IMG/VR virus record: IMGVR_UViG_2974601178_000001
Span: 32,001-96,000 of that record
DNA: 64,000 bases
Source of the DNA: a virus
Taxonomy: Duplodnaviria > Caudoviricetes
Reading direction: 5' to 3' (one strand)
How positions within the stretch are numbered: the first letter of the stretch is position 1; each line of letters opens with the position of its first letter. The position numbers and the translations under genes were made by a program. Below the pieces are notes generated by a model. It saw only the letters and a list, made by a program, of their open reading frames with translations. It had not been told where the DNA came from and ran no database searches. This document shows, in pieces, positions 40,091-49,425 of the stretch.

Positions 40091-40308
40091 ATTATCTCCT
40101 TAACTAAGAACAAAACAAACACCCCGCTCCAACCCTGAACCATTCCCACAAGAATAGCCTTTGAGGAACTGGAATACCACCCCTCACAATACCCTCTCAT
40201 ACCAAGGAAATCCACTTTCAATAAAATGAATAATGTCAAAAGGTTTACCACTGGACACCAGAATAAGAAGGCTTTGGTGAAGTGTTTTATAAATTTATTC
40301 ATAATCAC
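40087..40308 (-). CDS. Small membrane protein
   Basis: Two hydrophobic segments. Confidence 0.6.
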   Translation of the reverse strand: MIMNKFIKHFTKAFLFWCPVVNLLTLFILLKVDFLGMRGYCEGWYSSSSKAILVGMVQGWSGVFVLFLVKEII

Positions 40309-40871
40309 TTCTCCACATAATATTCTCTACCATCTTCACAAGTGTTATCTGCTCCTAAAAAGATCCAATCCCCATCTAAATTCATAAATTCCCAAACATC
40401 GTAAACCTTATTCCCTAAACCAGTTACTGTCTTGTAAGTTTTATTACCTCCCCTGTCAAAAGCAACCACCACATCACCAACAGATAACAACTCATCCCAA
40501 TTATTCAAAGTGATCCTTGTTAGTGGTGGTTCTGCCCTCTCACAGACTGTCTCAGAAGGTTTCTCACTATCCGAGGGTGATTGTGTAGGTGAAGTGTTAT
40601 CATTGCTCACAGGCGCTGTTTCAGAAAGAGGTGAAGATTCAACAATCTCCTTACGTAGCTCAAATGTGATCCCGTTTCGGATACATATGTCAATAAACTC
40701 CACCATAGAAGTTTCCTCTGCTGAAAGAAGGATACTTTTGGCATTACCACCCACTTGTGTTAAAAGGGATTCCAGTTTAGAAATTTCTGTTTCTTCTAAA
40801 GTAGGAGCGCTCTTGTACATTTTATTGATTGTTTGCATAATGTTATTCTTCATAATTATTCTCATTCCCAA
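40305..40871 (-). CDS. Hypothetical protein with S/P-rich linker
   Basis: ORF track. Confidence 0.65.
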   Translation of the reverse strand: MGMRIIMKNNIMQTINKMYKSAPTLEETEISKLESLLTQVGGNAKSILLSAEETSMVEFIDICIRNGITFELRKEIVESSPLSETAPVSNDNTSPTQSPSDSEKPSETVCERAEPPLTRITLNNWDELLSVGDVVVAFDRGGNKTYKTVTGLGNKVYDVWEFMNLDGDWIFLGADNTCEDGREYYVEK

Positions 40872-41086
40872 CGATCAGTAAACAATTCATCAATATAATC
40901 TTCCCATTCTTGATGATAACTTGTAGGCTGTTGTTTATTACTTCGCATAAAGTTATCTATGCAGCAAACACCTCCTTCTTTCAACTCTTGTTTACATTCG
41001 TTGCAAAGGTATTCATTGCGCTCATTAGATACATTATCACACATAATATTTTCACAACCATTTCTATCACAAACTAATACGCCCAT
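40862..41086 (-). CDS. Cys-rich hypothetical protein
   Basis: CxRxGCxNIMCD...CxxC; SD AGGAG. Confidence 0.65.
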   Translation of the reverse strand: MGVLVCDRNGCENIMCDNVSNERNEYLCNECKQELKEGGVCCIDNFMRSNKQQPTSYHQEWEDYIDELFTDRWE

Positions 41087-41200
41087 AATTATTCTCCTAT
41101 TTTATAAAAGTTTATTTCAGATAAAAGAAAACCCCGTTTCCTCAATGTGACTAAGGATAACAGGGTTTTATGTTTGTGTCGAGGGGTAATTTTATCTAAA

Positions 41201-42115
41201 TTAAAATTCTAACCAAGGATTACCTACATTCACAACATTCAAACCTAAATCATATTTGAACATTCTAGAAACTGTAGGGCGATCATCTAATACAAGTTTT
41301 ACATTGTAATTGTGGTTTACATACCTGTTAAATAATTCTTTCTTGATAATAGTGTCTTTTCTACAATCTCCCTCTGGACGCATATATAAATGGAAATGAC
41401 CACCCAATTCAGTAAAATACTTTTCAATCCAAAGTTGGGTATCTTCCATACAAACAGAATCTCTTCCTGACATAAAGATAGGAACATAACCTTCGGCAAT
41501 AAGACCTTTCGCCATGTGAATAATTTCTTCACGAGGTAAATCTTCTCCAACTTTATCCCATTCAAAAGGTGATCGGTTATGCATAGAGGCCAACGTACCA
41601 TCAATATCTAGTATTACCGCAGAAGGAACATCCTCTTTATTAGGATCATGCCAGTTCTTCTTAAGGAAAACGTCTGCGTAATTTTTATATTGAGAAGTGA
41701 TAACCTTATACCCAACGCCAGAAAGTCTCTTAGCGTCCCTTTCAAGGGCTTCTAGTAGGTCAATATGGAACACCTTCTTCTCAAAAGTATAGTTCTTTAA
41801 ACAAGTCCAAGTCTTAAAGTAGTCTATGTATTTTGGGTTAAGGTTGGTGTCACTTATGATAATATTCTTACCCTTTTCAGTAGCATCCTTGATTAGATGG
41901 TGTTGCAATTCTGTCACTAAGGTTTCATTACCTTTTGTGAATTTGTACTTACCCCAATCAATAGTACCTCCTGTGAACAAGAAACCTCGGATATCATCAC
42001 GATTAATATTAACCCAAACGTTTTTATTGTTACCTTGGGAAAGGAAGTCATTAACCCAAGTGGTCTTTCCTGAACAGCTAACCCCTACTGTGTAAATAAG
42101 TTTCTTACTTTTCAT
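41201..42115 (-). CDS. pseT: Polynucleotide 5'-kinase/3'-phosphatase (T4 PseT-like)
   Basis: GVSCSGKTT, NRDDIR, SDTN, DIDGT, SGR, DDR. Confidence 0.92.
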   Translation of the reverse strand: MKSKKLIYTVGVSCSGKTTWVNDFLSQGNNKNVWVNINRDDIRGFLFTGGTIDWGKYKFTKGNETLVTELQHHLIKDATEKGKNIIISDTNLNPKYIDYFKTWTCLKNYTFEKKVFHIDLLEALERDAKRLSGVGYKVITSQYKNYADVFLKKNWHDPNKEDVPSAVILDIDGTLASMHNRSPFEWDKVGEDLPREEIIHMAKGLIAEGYVPIFMSGRDSVCMEDTQLWIEKYFTELGGHFHLYMRPEGDCRKDTIIKKELFNRYVNHNYNVKLVLDDRPTVSRMFKYDLGLNVVNVGNPWLEF

Positions 42116-43181
42116 CTAAATTCTCCAATGTTGCTTCTAATAACTTAATCTTATAAGAATCCTTCAGGTTATGCAACACTTTTAAAGGACAAATCCCACT
42201 ATTTCTTGCTTGGAACATTACACCCGAATAAAACACTTTATTATTAAGGGCGAATTCCTTTTGATCAGTGATTCCTTTAGTTTTATTAAATTGGGCGGTA
42301 CATAATGATTCTAAAATGTCCCATGCTTCTACAAATGGTGTGAAGTACTCTTTATCCTCAGGGAAGACTGCTAAGTACTCATCTAATTCACCTATAACTA
42401 CTAATTCTTTGGCTCGCTTAGGTGATAACCCTTCTCCTCTGAGCCGATGTGCCACAAGGTATTGCGGGGATTTGACCTTCACAACAGGGAGTCCATCCTT
42501 GTAACCAACATAACCTTCTTCTAAATTAGGCAGGTGTTTTAAACTTTCTATACATTCTTGTGTTGTATTAAAAGAGTATTTTCGTGGAAGGTGGTATTTA
42601 GTTGTAATAATTTCCGAATAATCCCCACTAAGGTTATGTCTAATTGCTAAAAGGTAAGCTCTGTCCTCAGGGTAATTAACCACAACACGATTCTCTCTTC
42701 CAACCACTTCAAAGATGTATGTACAAGACTTATCTAACCCCTTTATGTTATCCCAATCTAAAGCAGATTCTATTAAGTCTTTCCAAGTGCGATCCCATCC
42801 TTGAACAGATAGTAATGGCATTAACATACTTTTGGTGCGATACATCCAACCATATGACTCACAATAGAACACACTTATTAAACTCCCATCCACCTTTTCG
42901 TAAATGGTTAAATCTTCGAGTTCAAAATTAACATCGTTCTCTCCCTGATTAAAGAACCTATCAAAAGCACGACTTACAACAGAGTATGTCACACCATCTA
43001 ATTCTTCTTTTATTACAAGAGATCGACACTCTCGTACAATAGGGTGGTTTTTGGGGGAATCTATTTGGTTATAATTTAACACTCTTAGGTCAGGAAACCT
43101 TTTATCAATAGAAACTTTGATTGAAAATTCTTCTACTAATTTTTCTAAACCATATTTGTTCAAATAGTCTAACACTTTCAT
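42105..43181 (-). CDS. rnlA: RNA ligase 1 (T4 RnlA-like)
   Basis: ECR, FDRFFN, EKVDGS, FE, EGYV, VKVK. Confidence 0.9.
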   Translation of the reverse strand: MKVLDYLNKYGLEKLVEEFSIKVSIDKRFPDLRVLNYNQIDSPKNHPIVRECRSLVIKEELDGVTYSVVSRAFDRFFNQGENDVNFELEDLTIYEKVDGSLISVFYCESYGWMYRTKSMLMPLLSVQGWDRTWKDLIESALDWDNIKGLDKSCTYIFEVVGRENRVVVNYPEDRAYLLAIRHNLSGDYSEIITTKYHLPRKYSFNTTQECIESLKHLPNLEEGYVGYKDGLPVVKVKSPQYLVAHRLRGEGLSPKRAKELVVIGELDEYLAVFPEDKEYFTPFVEAWDILESLCTAQFNKTKGITDQKEFALNNKVFYSGVMFQARNSGICPLKVLHNLKDSYKIKLLEATLENLDEK

Positions 43182-43266
43182 AATAATCTTCCTTTAGATA
43201 AATAAAAAGCCTGCAAGGATTACTATCCTTGCAGGCTTTGGTGTCAACACTTTATTTTAAATATCA

Positions 43267-43518
43267 TTACAATGTAAAAGTAATAATATTCTTAGAAGCA
43301 TCCATTGTAAAATCGACTCCCTCATTTGTCAAGTAGTTTTCAATCGCTCGGAATGGAATACTTTTTGTAACTTTATCCTTGTGCAATTGGATCATTCTAC
43401 CACTACCATTTCGTGCATGAGCAACCACCACATCTGTAATGTATGTTGAAATTGCATCAAGGGTTTCCTCTTCTGCTTCATTGAATGCTTCTGTTAGCTG
43501 TTGTGTAAACTTTGACAT
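43267..43518 (-). CDS. Hypothetical protein
   Basis: 83 aa, SD GAGGAG. Confidence 0.65.
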   Translation of the reverse strand: MSKFTQQLTEAFNEAEEETLDAISTYITDVVVAHARNGSGRMIQLHKDKVTKSIPFRAIENYLTNEGVDFTMDASKNIITFTL

Positions 43519-43612
43519 TAGTTATTCTCCTCTTGTTTAAATTTATTTTGTTCAAGTTGTTGTTTGTACAATATGTTCCATGCTTTCGCTAAGTTACTCA
43601 TTATTTCTCCTG

Positions 43613-44236
43613 TTATTTAAAATTTGAACAACGTTTCAATATGTTCATATGATGCACCACCTTGTTGTAATAGTCAACACCTTTCTTCAAACTTTTATCA
43701 TCTTTTTTATTACCGATATTATACGACATAATCATTTTCTTCCAATTACCTTTGTGAACCTTTTCAAAATGTTGTAACACATCCAGCGCAAGGTATGCTC
43801 CTAGTGCATCATCCATCACCACCTTGGTAATCATTTCCTGCTTTTTCCAATAGGATGTCACTCCTAGGATATTGAATATATTTTTCTCATTGATTTGGAA
43901 TAATCCGTAATCCTTTGATTTAATGTTGATTCGATATCTGCCACCATGTGATTCCATCCACGCTAATGATGCCATTGTCCACTGTTTATCATAAGGTTTG
44001 CCATAGTTGTAAGCATATTCTAAACGGTATTGCTGTTCAGCGGAAAGGGAGTTCCATTCTGAGCAATCATTCCCATATGCAGCATCAGACAAGACGGCAC
44101 AGAGGAGAATAACATTTATCCAAGCAAACATCTTCCAAAAGGATTTACGTCCCTCAGAGACCCTTCTACGCTGATTATTCTCACTGTAGTAATCTTCTTC
44201 TAAATGTTGGAATGGGTTGCTGGGATCATCTATCAT
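43613..44236 (-). CDS. Membrane-anchored lytic transglycosylase (SLT/lysozyme-like)
   Basis: TM segment, catalytic ES, DYGLFQIN, SYN. Confidence 0.75.
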   Translation of the reverse strand: MIDDPSNPFQHLEEDYYSENNQRRRVSEGRKSFWKMFAWINVILLCAVLSDAAYGNDCSEWNSLSAEQQYRLEYAYNYGKPYDKQWTMASLAWMESHGGRYRINIKSKDYGLFQINEKNIFNILGVTSYWKKQEMITKVVMDDALGAYLALDVLQHFEKVHKGNWKKMIMSYNIGNKKDDKSLKKGVDYYNKVVHHMNILKRCSNFK

Positions 44237-44472
44237 AAAAGTTTCACTCCTATGTAAGGATATTGTACACTGTGATCAAGGGAAACCTTATTTATTTTAT
44301 CAAGGTACAGCATTGTCCTGACCATACGTTGTGTGCAATCCAATTCCCAAACTGAGATTCTTTTCCTACCTTTTAAGTTTTTCAAAATCCACTTGTGTAA
44401 ACGTTTACCTTTTAAATGTTTAGGATATTCGTCTAAAGGTTGTTTAAAATCCGAGAATGATGTGATTATCAT
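44233..44472 (-). CDS. Hypothetical protein
   Basis: 79 aa, ATGA overlap. Confidence 0.6.
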   Translation of the reverse strand: MIITSFSDFKQPLDEYPKHLKGKRLHKWILKNLKGRKRISVWELDCTQRMVRTMLYLDKINKVSLDHSVQYPYIGVKLL

Positions 44473-44713
44473 AATAAATCCTCATTCAATACTCTCATTG
44501 ACATCATATCCCAATTGTTATCCATTACAAACTGGTTAATCAATTCCTTCTTAAAAGAATCCTCTTTAGTAAAGATACATTCAATTAGACAACGAGTGGT
44601 TGTTTGCATTTGGGCAAATTCTTCTGGTGTAATTGACATTTTCATAATATTTCCTCTTTTTAAATTAGTTAATGTCTATTTGTGCAGTCATTATAATGTT
44701 ATTGATTAAGTTG

Positions 44714-44920
44714 TCAAGTATTAATTTCAGGTACATCAATTAACACAGGAGGAAAATGCTTGATATCATGTTGCCTTCCCAGAATCCAACCCATACCGAA
44801 AATGTTACATTTAACTAAGGTGTAATCACTCTTAAAATGTAGTTTTCCCTCTGAGTCAATAGTGTACTCATCTTCGGAAATATAAAACGCTTTTATAAAT
44901 TCTTTTTCAATTTGTGTCAT
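44714..44920 (-). CDS. Hypothetical protein
   Basis: 68 aa, SD GGAGG. Confidence 0.6.
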   Translation of the reverse strand: MTQIEKEFIKAFYISEDEYTIDSEGKLHFKSDYTLVKCNIFGMGWILGRQHDIKHFPPVLIDVPEINT

Positions 44921-45081
44921 AGTACCTCCTGCTTAAATAATAATCTTATATTAAGGGTGTTGATTGTTTGTGTCAAGGGGTAATTTGGATAATTGGTAAG
45001 TTTTATAAAGTTTATTAAAAGGTGTTGACTTGTGGAGAAGGTGTGTTATCATTTGTGGAAATTGATTAAAGGAGAAGGTTA

Positions 45082-45411
45082 ATGTCAGATAGCACTTTAC
45101 AAAAAATTAGAAATCTTGAACAAGATATAATTGATTTGCAACAACTGTTGCGAGTAGAGTCATCTTTCCGTTCAAAATATGAATTGGAGATAGATGCCAT
45201 TTATAAAACGTTAATTAAAATGGGAATATTAGACACTTTTAAAGAGGGACATTTTTCAGAAGGAAGGGAAGATGATGTGGAAGATTTTACCCACTTTATG
45301 GGAGAGTCACCCTTGCTAGGAGAGGATATCTCTGTTAATATGAGTGGATATACATTGGAAGAACATAAACAGCGTGTAGCAGCGCTACGAGAGTTTAATG
45401 AAGGAGAGTGA
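45082..45411 (+). CDS. Hypothetical protein
   Basis: First gene after divergent promoter TTGACT-17-TATCAT. Confidence 0.65.
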   Translation: MSDSTLQKIRNLEQDIIDLQQLLRVESSFRSKYELEIDAIYKTLIKMGILDTFKEGHFSEGREDDVEDFTHFMGESPLLGEDISVNMSGYTLEEHKQRVAALREFNEGE

Positions 45412-46036
45412 TATGAGAAGTTTTGGAATGACCATGTTTTATACAGAGGATTACGATGAAGCTATGTTAGATTTCATTGAGGAGCATTATAATGTAGATT
45501 ATGTTAATGATTGGTATGTGAAAACTTCGCTTATATATAGCAATGAAGAATTTTTCGTATCTCGACATAGAGGTAAAAGTGGCTCTGTAGGTTTAACAAA
45601 AGAAGAATTCAAGCGTAAAATTGGCATGATAGTAGAAGATGAGGAAGTTATGGATAATAGTACTTCTAGTAAAACTTTTAGTAAAAGTGATTTGGTGGAT
45701 GGGATGATTGTGGAAATACGTGAACCTTTTGAAGAAGTATCTTTATATTTAGTAAAAGATGATCTCTTATTATCAAAGACAGGACATAACCACCTTGAAG
45801 ATTATCAAGATGATTTAACTTTAACGGAAGAAGTATCTGAGTGGGATATTGTTAAGGTTTATACAGTTGATAAGTTTAGGTCACTAACACTTGAAGATTT
45901 GTCCAAAACTCTTGTATGGGCGCGTCCTCTTGAGAAAACACAATCACAACTTAAAATAGAAGCACTTCAACAGAAGATGGAATCCTTGCAAGAAGAAATG
46001 AACAGTTTACAAAAGTCAATTGAAGCAGGAGAATAA
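45398..46036 (+). CDS. Hypothetical protein with C-terminal coiled coil
   Basis: KSDLxxGMxVExR...WDIxKVY...LVW phage domain. Confidence 0.7.
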   Translation: MKESDMRSFGMTMFYTEDYDEAMLDFIEEHYNVDYVNDWYVKTSLIYSNEEFFVSRHRGKSGSVGLTKEEFKRKIGMIVEDEEVMDNSTSSKTFSKSDLVDGMIVEIREPFEEVSLYLVKDDLLLSKTGHNHLEDYQDDLTLTEEVSEWDIVKVYTVDKFRSLTLEDLSKTLVWARPLEKTQSQLKIEALQQKMESLQEEMNSLQKSIEAGE

Positions 46037-46208
46037 TTATGGTAGATTTATACAACAAGCCTCAAAAGGGTGATGAAGCTCAGGCAATGAAAGCACGTAT
46101 TGCACATTTAGGGGATTGTTTGGCAAGGGTGAGACAAGAGGAAAAGGATATACTTTTGGAGATGGAGCGTCTTGTGCAAGCGAGTACTTTTGGTGATCAG
46201 GCGGGGGA

Positions 46209-46484
46209 TTGATTATGAGTTTTGATTATAGTTGGACATGTACTTACATCGACAAGGATATATCTTCTTTCAAGGAGGCTTCTTTTGAAACATGTAAATG
46301 GCTCTTGGAAGGAATTGTTGACGAATATGATATTGATATTTCCGAAGCGAACTTTAGTACAAAAGTGAGAGAATTTGCTGATGAGTTACAAACGGGTAGA
46401 CAGGACGCAAAAAGGTTGTGTCATCAGATTAATTATACTTTTGACATGAGGGTATTTTTGATGGAAAGGTTTGACACTTTGTAG
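46209..46484 (+). CDS. Hypothetical protein
   Basis: ORF track. Confidence 0.5.
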   Translation: MIMSFDYSWTCTYIDKDISSFKEASFETCKWLLEGIVDEYDIDISEANFSTKVREFADELQTGRQDAKRLCHQINYTFDMRVFLMERFDTL

Positions 46485-46714
46485 AGGAGGTGGTATCATT
46501 TGTGGACTGGGAGTTTATTTGGAGAAGCTAATGTATTATATAACTAATGGAACAGAATATTATGCAGGGAAGTGTTGTTCGGATAGTAGGATTCCTGTTT
46601 GGAAAAGTCATTACACAAGAGCAATATCTTTCAACAGCATGGAAGAGGCTATGGATGTGGCAAAAGCTGATCGATTGTTTTATTTAGGGATTGAGTTTAT
46701 CTGCGAGGATTAAT

Positions 46715-47008
46715 ATGAAACCAGAAGTGATAAACAAGTATAAAGAAAAGGGTGGTGTCTATATTGGACGAGGTAGTTACTGGGGTAATCCTTACCCAAT
46801 AAATGAATCCATTGGTGACACACGGGAAGTGGTTATTGCAAAGTATAAACACCATCTTAGAAAGTTATATAAAGAAGACAAGGATAAATTTATGAAAGAG
46901 TTATCTAAACTTTCGGGAAATAAGTTATCCTGTTTTTGCAAACCTAAACCTTGCCACGGGGATATTATTGTTGAGGTGTGGGAGATTTTGATAGGAGGAC
47001 ATTCATGA
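46715..47008 (+). CDS. DUF4326-like protein
   Basis: VYIGRGSxWGNPY...LxGxxLxCFCKPKPCHGD. Confidence 0.8.
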   Translation: MKPEVINKYKEKGGVYIGRGSYWGNPYPINESIGDTREVVIAKYKHHLRKLYKEDKDKFMKELSKLSGNKLSCFCKPKPCHGDIIVEVWEILIGGHS

Positions 47009-47301
47009 AGGTGTACAATTACACAGATGATTCATGGCGGGATGGAGATGAAGATTGCCCATGTTGTAGTGGACTTCTTTTCGAATGTTATAATGCACAA
47101 GGGTGGTCGCAGAATGGGAGTGCTTCTAGCTTATGGAATCTTTATGTAGATGCGATCGTTGCACACAAAGCGGAAGAAAGCGGAGATGATTATCACCACT
47201 TAGCAGAACATTCATACTATTTATATGAGGGGTTTACTTTGGAAGAGTTAGCCACTTTGTGTGAAAGGTTGGGTATTGTTTTGGAGGAAGTATCCCTTTG
47301 A
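47005..47301 (+). CDS. Hypothetical protein
   Basis: SD GGAGG, CPCC motif. Confidence 0.65.
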   Translation: MKVYNYTDDSWRDGDEDCPCCSGLLFECYNAQGWSQNGSASSLWNLYVDAIVAHKAEESGDDYHHLAEHSYYLYEGFTLEELATLCERLGIVLEEVSL

Positions 47302-47336
47302 AAAGAGGTGTAACATTTGCGGAAGATTGATTAAAT

Positions 47337-49382
47337 TTGAGGAGAAGTGGTTTGGGTGATGATGGTTTATTTATTGGAGAACACCAGTATTGTTTAGCGA
47401 AAGAGTTTCCTGTTAAATCGGATGGTACTCAGCGTAGAGCTTGTGGTTCTTCTGATGCTCTTGCTATATATGAGCATACTACTGGGGAAGGTGTTACTTG
47501 GTACGATGGTACGTGCTTCTCTTGTAAACAAAAATTTGATAGAGAAGAAGTACATTCCAGCAGTCTTTCAGGTTTTTTAGGAGTAGGAGAAGGTACTTTA
47601 GAAGTAGTAGAAAAGAAAGAGTTTGAAAATAAAGCTACTAAGAAGAAAAAGATAACACGAGAAGAAGTTCAAGAACTTTGGGTTAGAACAGGGGGAAAAG
47701 AAGGTAATTCTGGAAATGGATATAGGGGTCTTAGCGATTGGGTTTTAAGATTCTATGGTCACAGAATAGAGCATGATAACTTAGGTAAAGTTAAAGCTGT
47801 TTATTATCCAGAAACTTCGGCAGAAGATGGTAAACTTAATGGCTACAAGTCACGACACTTACCAAAGAAATTTGGTATTGGTAATGTAGGTAAAACTGGT
47901 GTTATAAATCAACTATCAGGGCAACATAAATTTCCTAATGGAGGTAGGTACGCGTTAGTATGCGCAGGTGAAGAAGATAAATGTGCAGCCCAAGATATGT
48001 TAAGAGAATATCAAAAGATGAAAGGTCAAGCGGATTATGACCCCTACGCAGTAGTATCTCCAACAACAGGAGAGCCGTCTGCAGCAAAACAGTGCCGACA
48101 ACAATACGATTGGTTCGATAAGTTCGATATTATTATTATTGGAATGGATGTAGACGAAGTAGGTGAAGAAGCTGCACAAGAGATAGCAAAAGTACTCCCT
48201 AGAGATAAAGTTCGTATTGCAAAGTGGTCAGGTAAAGATCCTAATCAGATGCTACTAGACGGTAAAAAGAAACAATTCTGGAGTGATTTCTTCGGTGCTA
48301 AAGAAGTTATTGATAGTGGGGTTTACAATGCTAATGATGACATGGTACAGGATGTTATAGACGTTTTAACAACACCTCGTATTCCGCTACCACCTTTTGC
48401 AAGTCAACTAGAGAAGATGACCAAAGGCTCAGGGTTGTTTACTAGATCTATATACTCTTTGATTGGAGATACGTCTGTGGGGAAATCAACGCACATAGAT
48501 GCATGGATATTCCACTGGATGTTTAATGTACCTGACCACAAGGTGGGTATTGTTAGTGTAGAAGCTACTAAAGGAGAATGGGTTGCTGGTATGCTATCTA
48601 CTTATCTAGAAAATAATCTTTGGTGGATACCTATTGACGAAATAGAAGATTACATGAACACACCTGAGGTTAAAGCTAAAATTAACAACTTCTTTTACAA
48701 TGAGTATGGCGAAAGTCGCTTTGCTATTGTCGATGACAGGGAAGGTACAGTAGAATCGTTACAAAAGTGTATAGACAAATTAGAAAGGCAGTATGGTTGT
48801 ACTATTATCGTTAATGATGTACTTACAGATATACTTCGTGTTGTAGATAATGAGGCACAAGCTCGACACTTCAACTGGCAAAGTAATTTTGTTAAGAATG
48901 GGGCTACTATTTTCAATATATTACACACACGTAAAAGTGGTGATAATCGAGGAGGTAAACCTACTTTCCCTAATGAGTTTGATGCCTACGGAAATTCTAT
49001 TTTTGTCCAGAAGGCCGCAGGTAACTTTGTAATAGCTCGTAATAAGGAAGCACCTAATGATGATATTATAGAACAAAACACTACTTACCTAAGAGTACCT
49101 AAACTTCGTAAAGGTGTGACAGGTAGTGGAGGTGCGTGGTATTATGATGGAGATACACGTAAAGTTTACGACAGGGATACTTATTTCAAAGATAATCCTG
49201 AAAAACTCCCAGTAGGTTATGATTTAACTATTAGCAGTTTTGATAGAGCATATTGGGAAGAAGGTGGTCGTGGTTGGGATGGGGTTTCTAGTGGTAACAA
49301 TGGCTTTAAGATGTCAAAACCTAAGGAAAAACCTGTAGAACCTGATTGGGAAATTGATGTTGGTGGTGATGTTAAGTTTTAA
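47337..49382 (+). CDS. DNA primase-helicase (T7 gp4-like)
   Basis: Zn finger CGSSDA...CFSC, TOPRIM GEED and DxDxxG, KDPN, Walker A GDTSVGKST, HTRK. Confidence 0.92.
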   Translation: MRRSGLGDDGLFIGEHQYCLAKEFPVKSDGTQRRACGSSDALAIYEHTTGEGVTWYDGTCFSCKQKFDREEVHSSSLSGFLGVGEGTLEVVEKKEFENKATKKKKITREEVQELWVRTGGKEGNSGNGYRGLSDWVLRFYGHRIEHDNLGKVKAVYYPETSAEDGKLNGYKSRHLPKKFGIGNVGKTGVINQLSGQHKFPNGGRYALVCAGEEDKCAAQDMLREYQKMKGQADYDPYAVVSPTTGEPSAAKQCRQQYDWFDKFDIIIIGMDVDEVGEEAAQEIAKVLPRDKVRIAKWSGKDPNQMLLDGKKKQFWSDFFGAKEVIDSGVYNANDDMVQDVIDVLTTPRIPLPPFASQLEKMTKGSGLFTRSIYSLIGDTSVGKSTHIDAWIFHWMFNVPDHKVGIVSVEATKGEWVAGMLSTYLENNLWWIPIDEIEDYMNTPEVKAKINNFFYNEYGESRFAIVDDREGTVESLQKCIDKLERQYGCTIIVNDVLTDILRVVDNEAQARHFNWQSNFVKNGATIFNILHTRKSGDNRGGKPTFPNEFDAYGNSIFVQKAAGNFVIARNKEAPNDDIIEQNTTYLRVPKLRKGVTGSGGAWYYDGDTRKVYDRDTYFKDNPEKLPVGYDLTISSFDRAYWEEGGRGWDGVSSGNNGFKMSKPKEKPVEPDWEIDVGGDVKF

Positions 49383-49425
49383 TGTCACCTTTTAATTTAA
49401 CTCTAATGAATTTATAGGAGAAATA

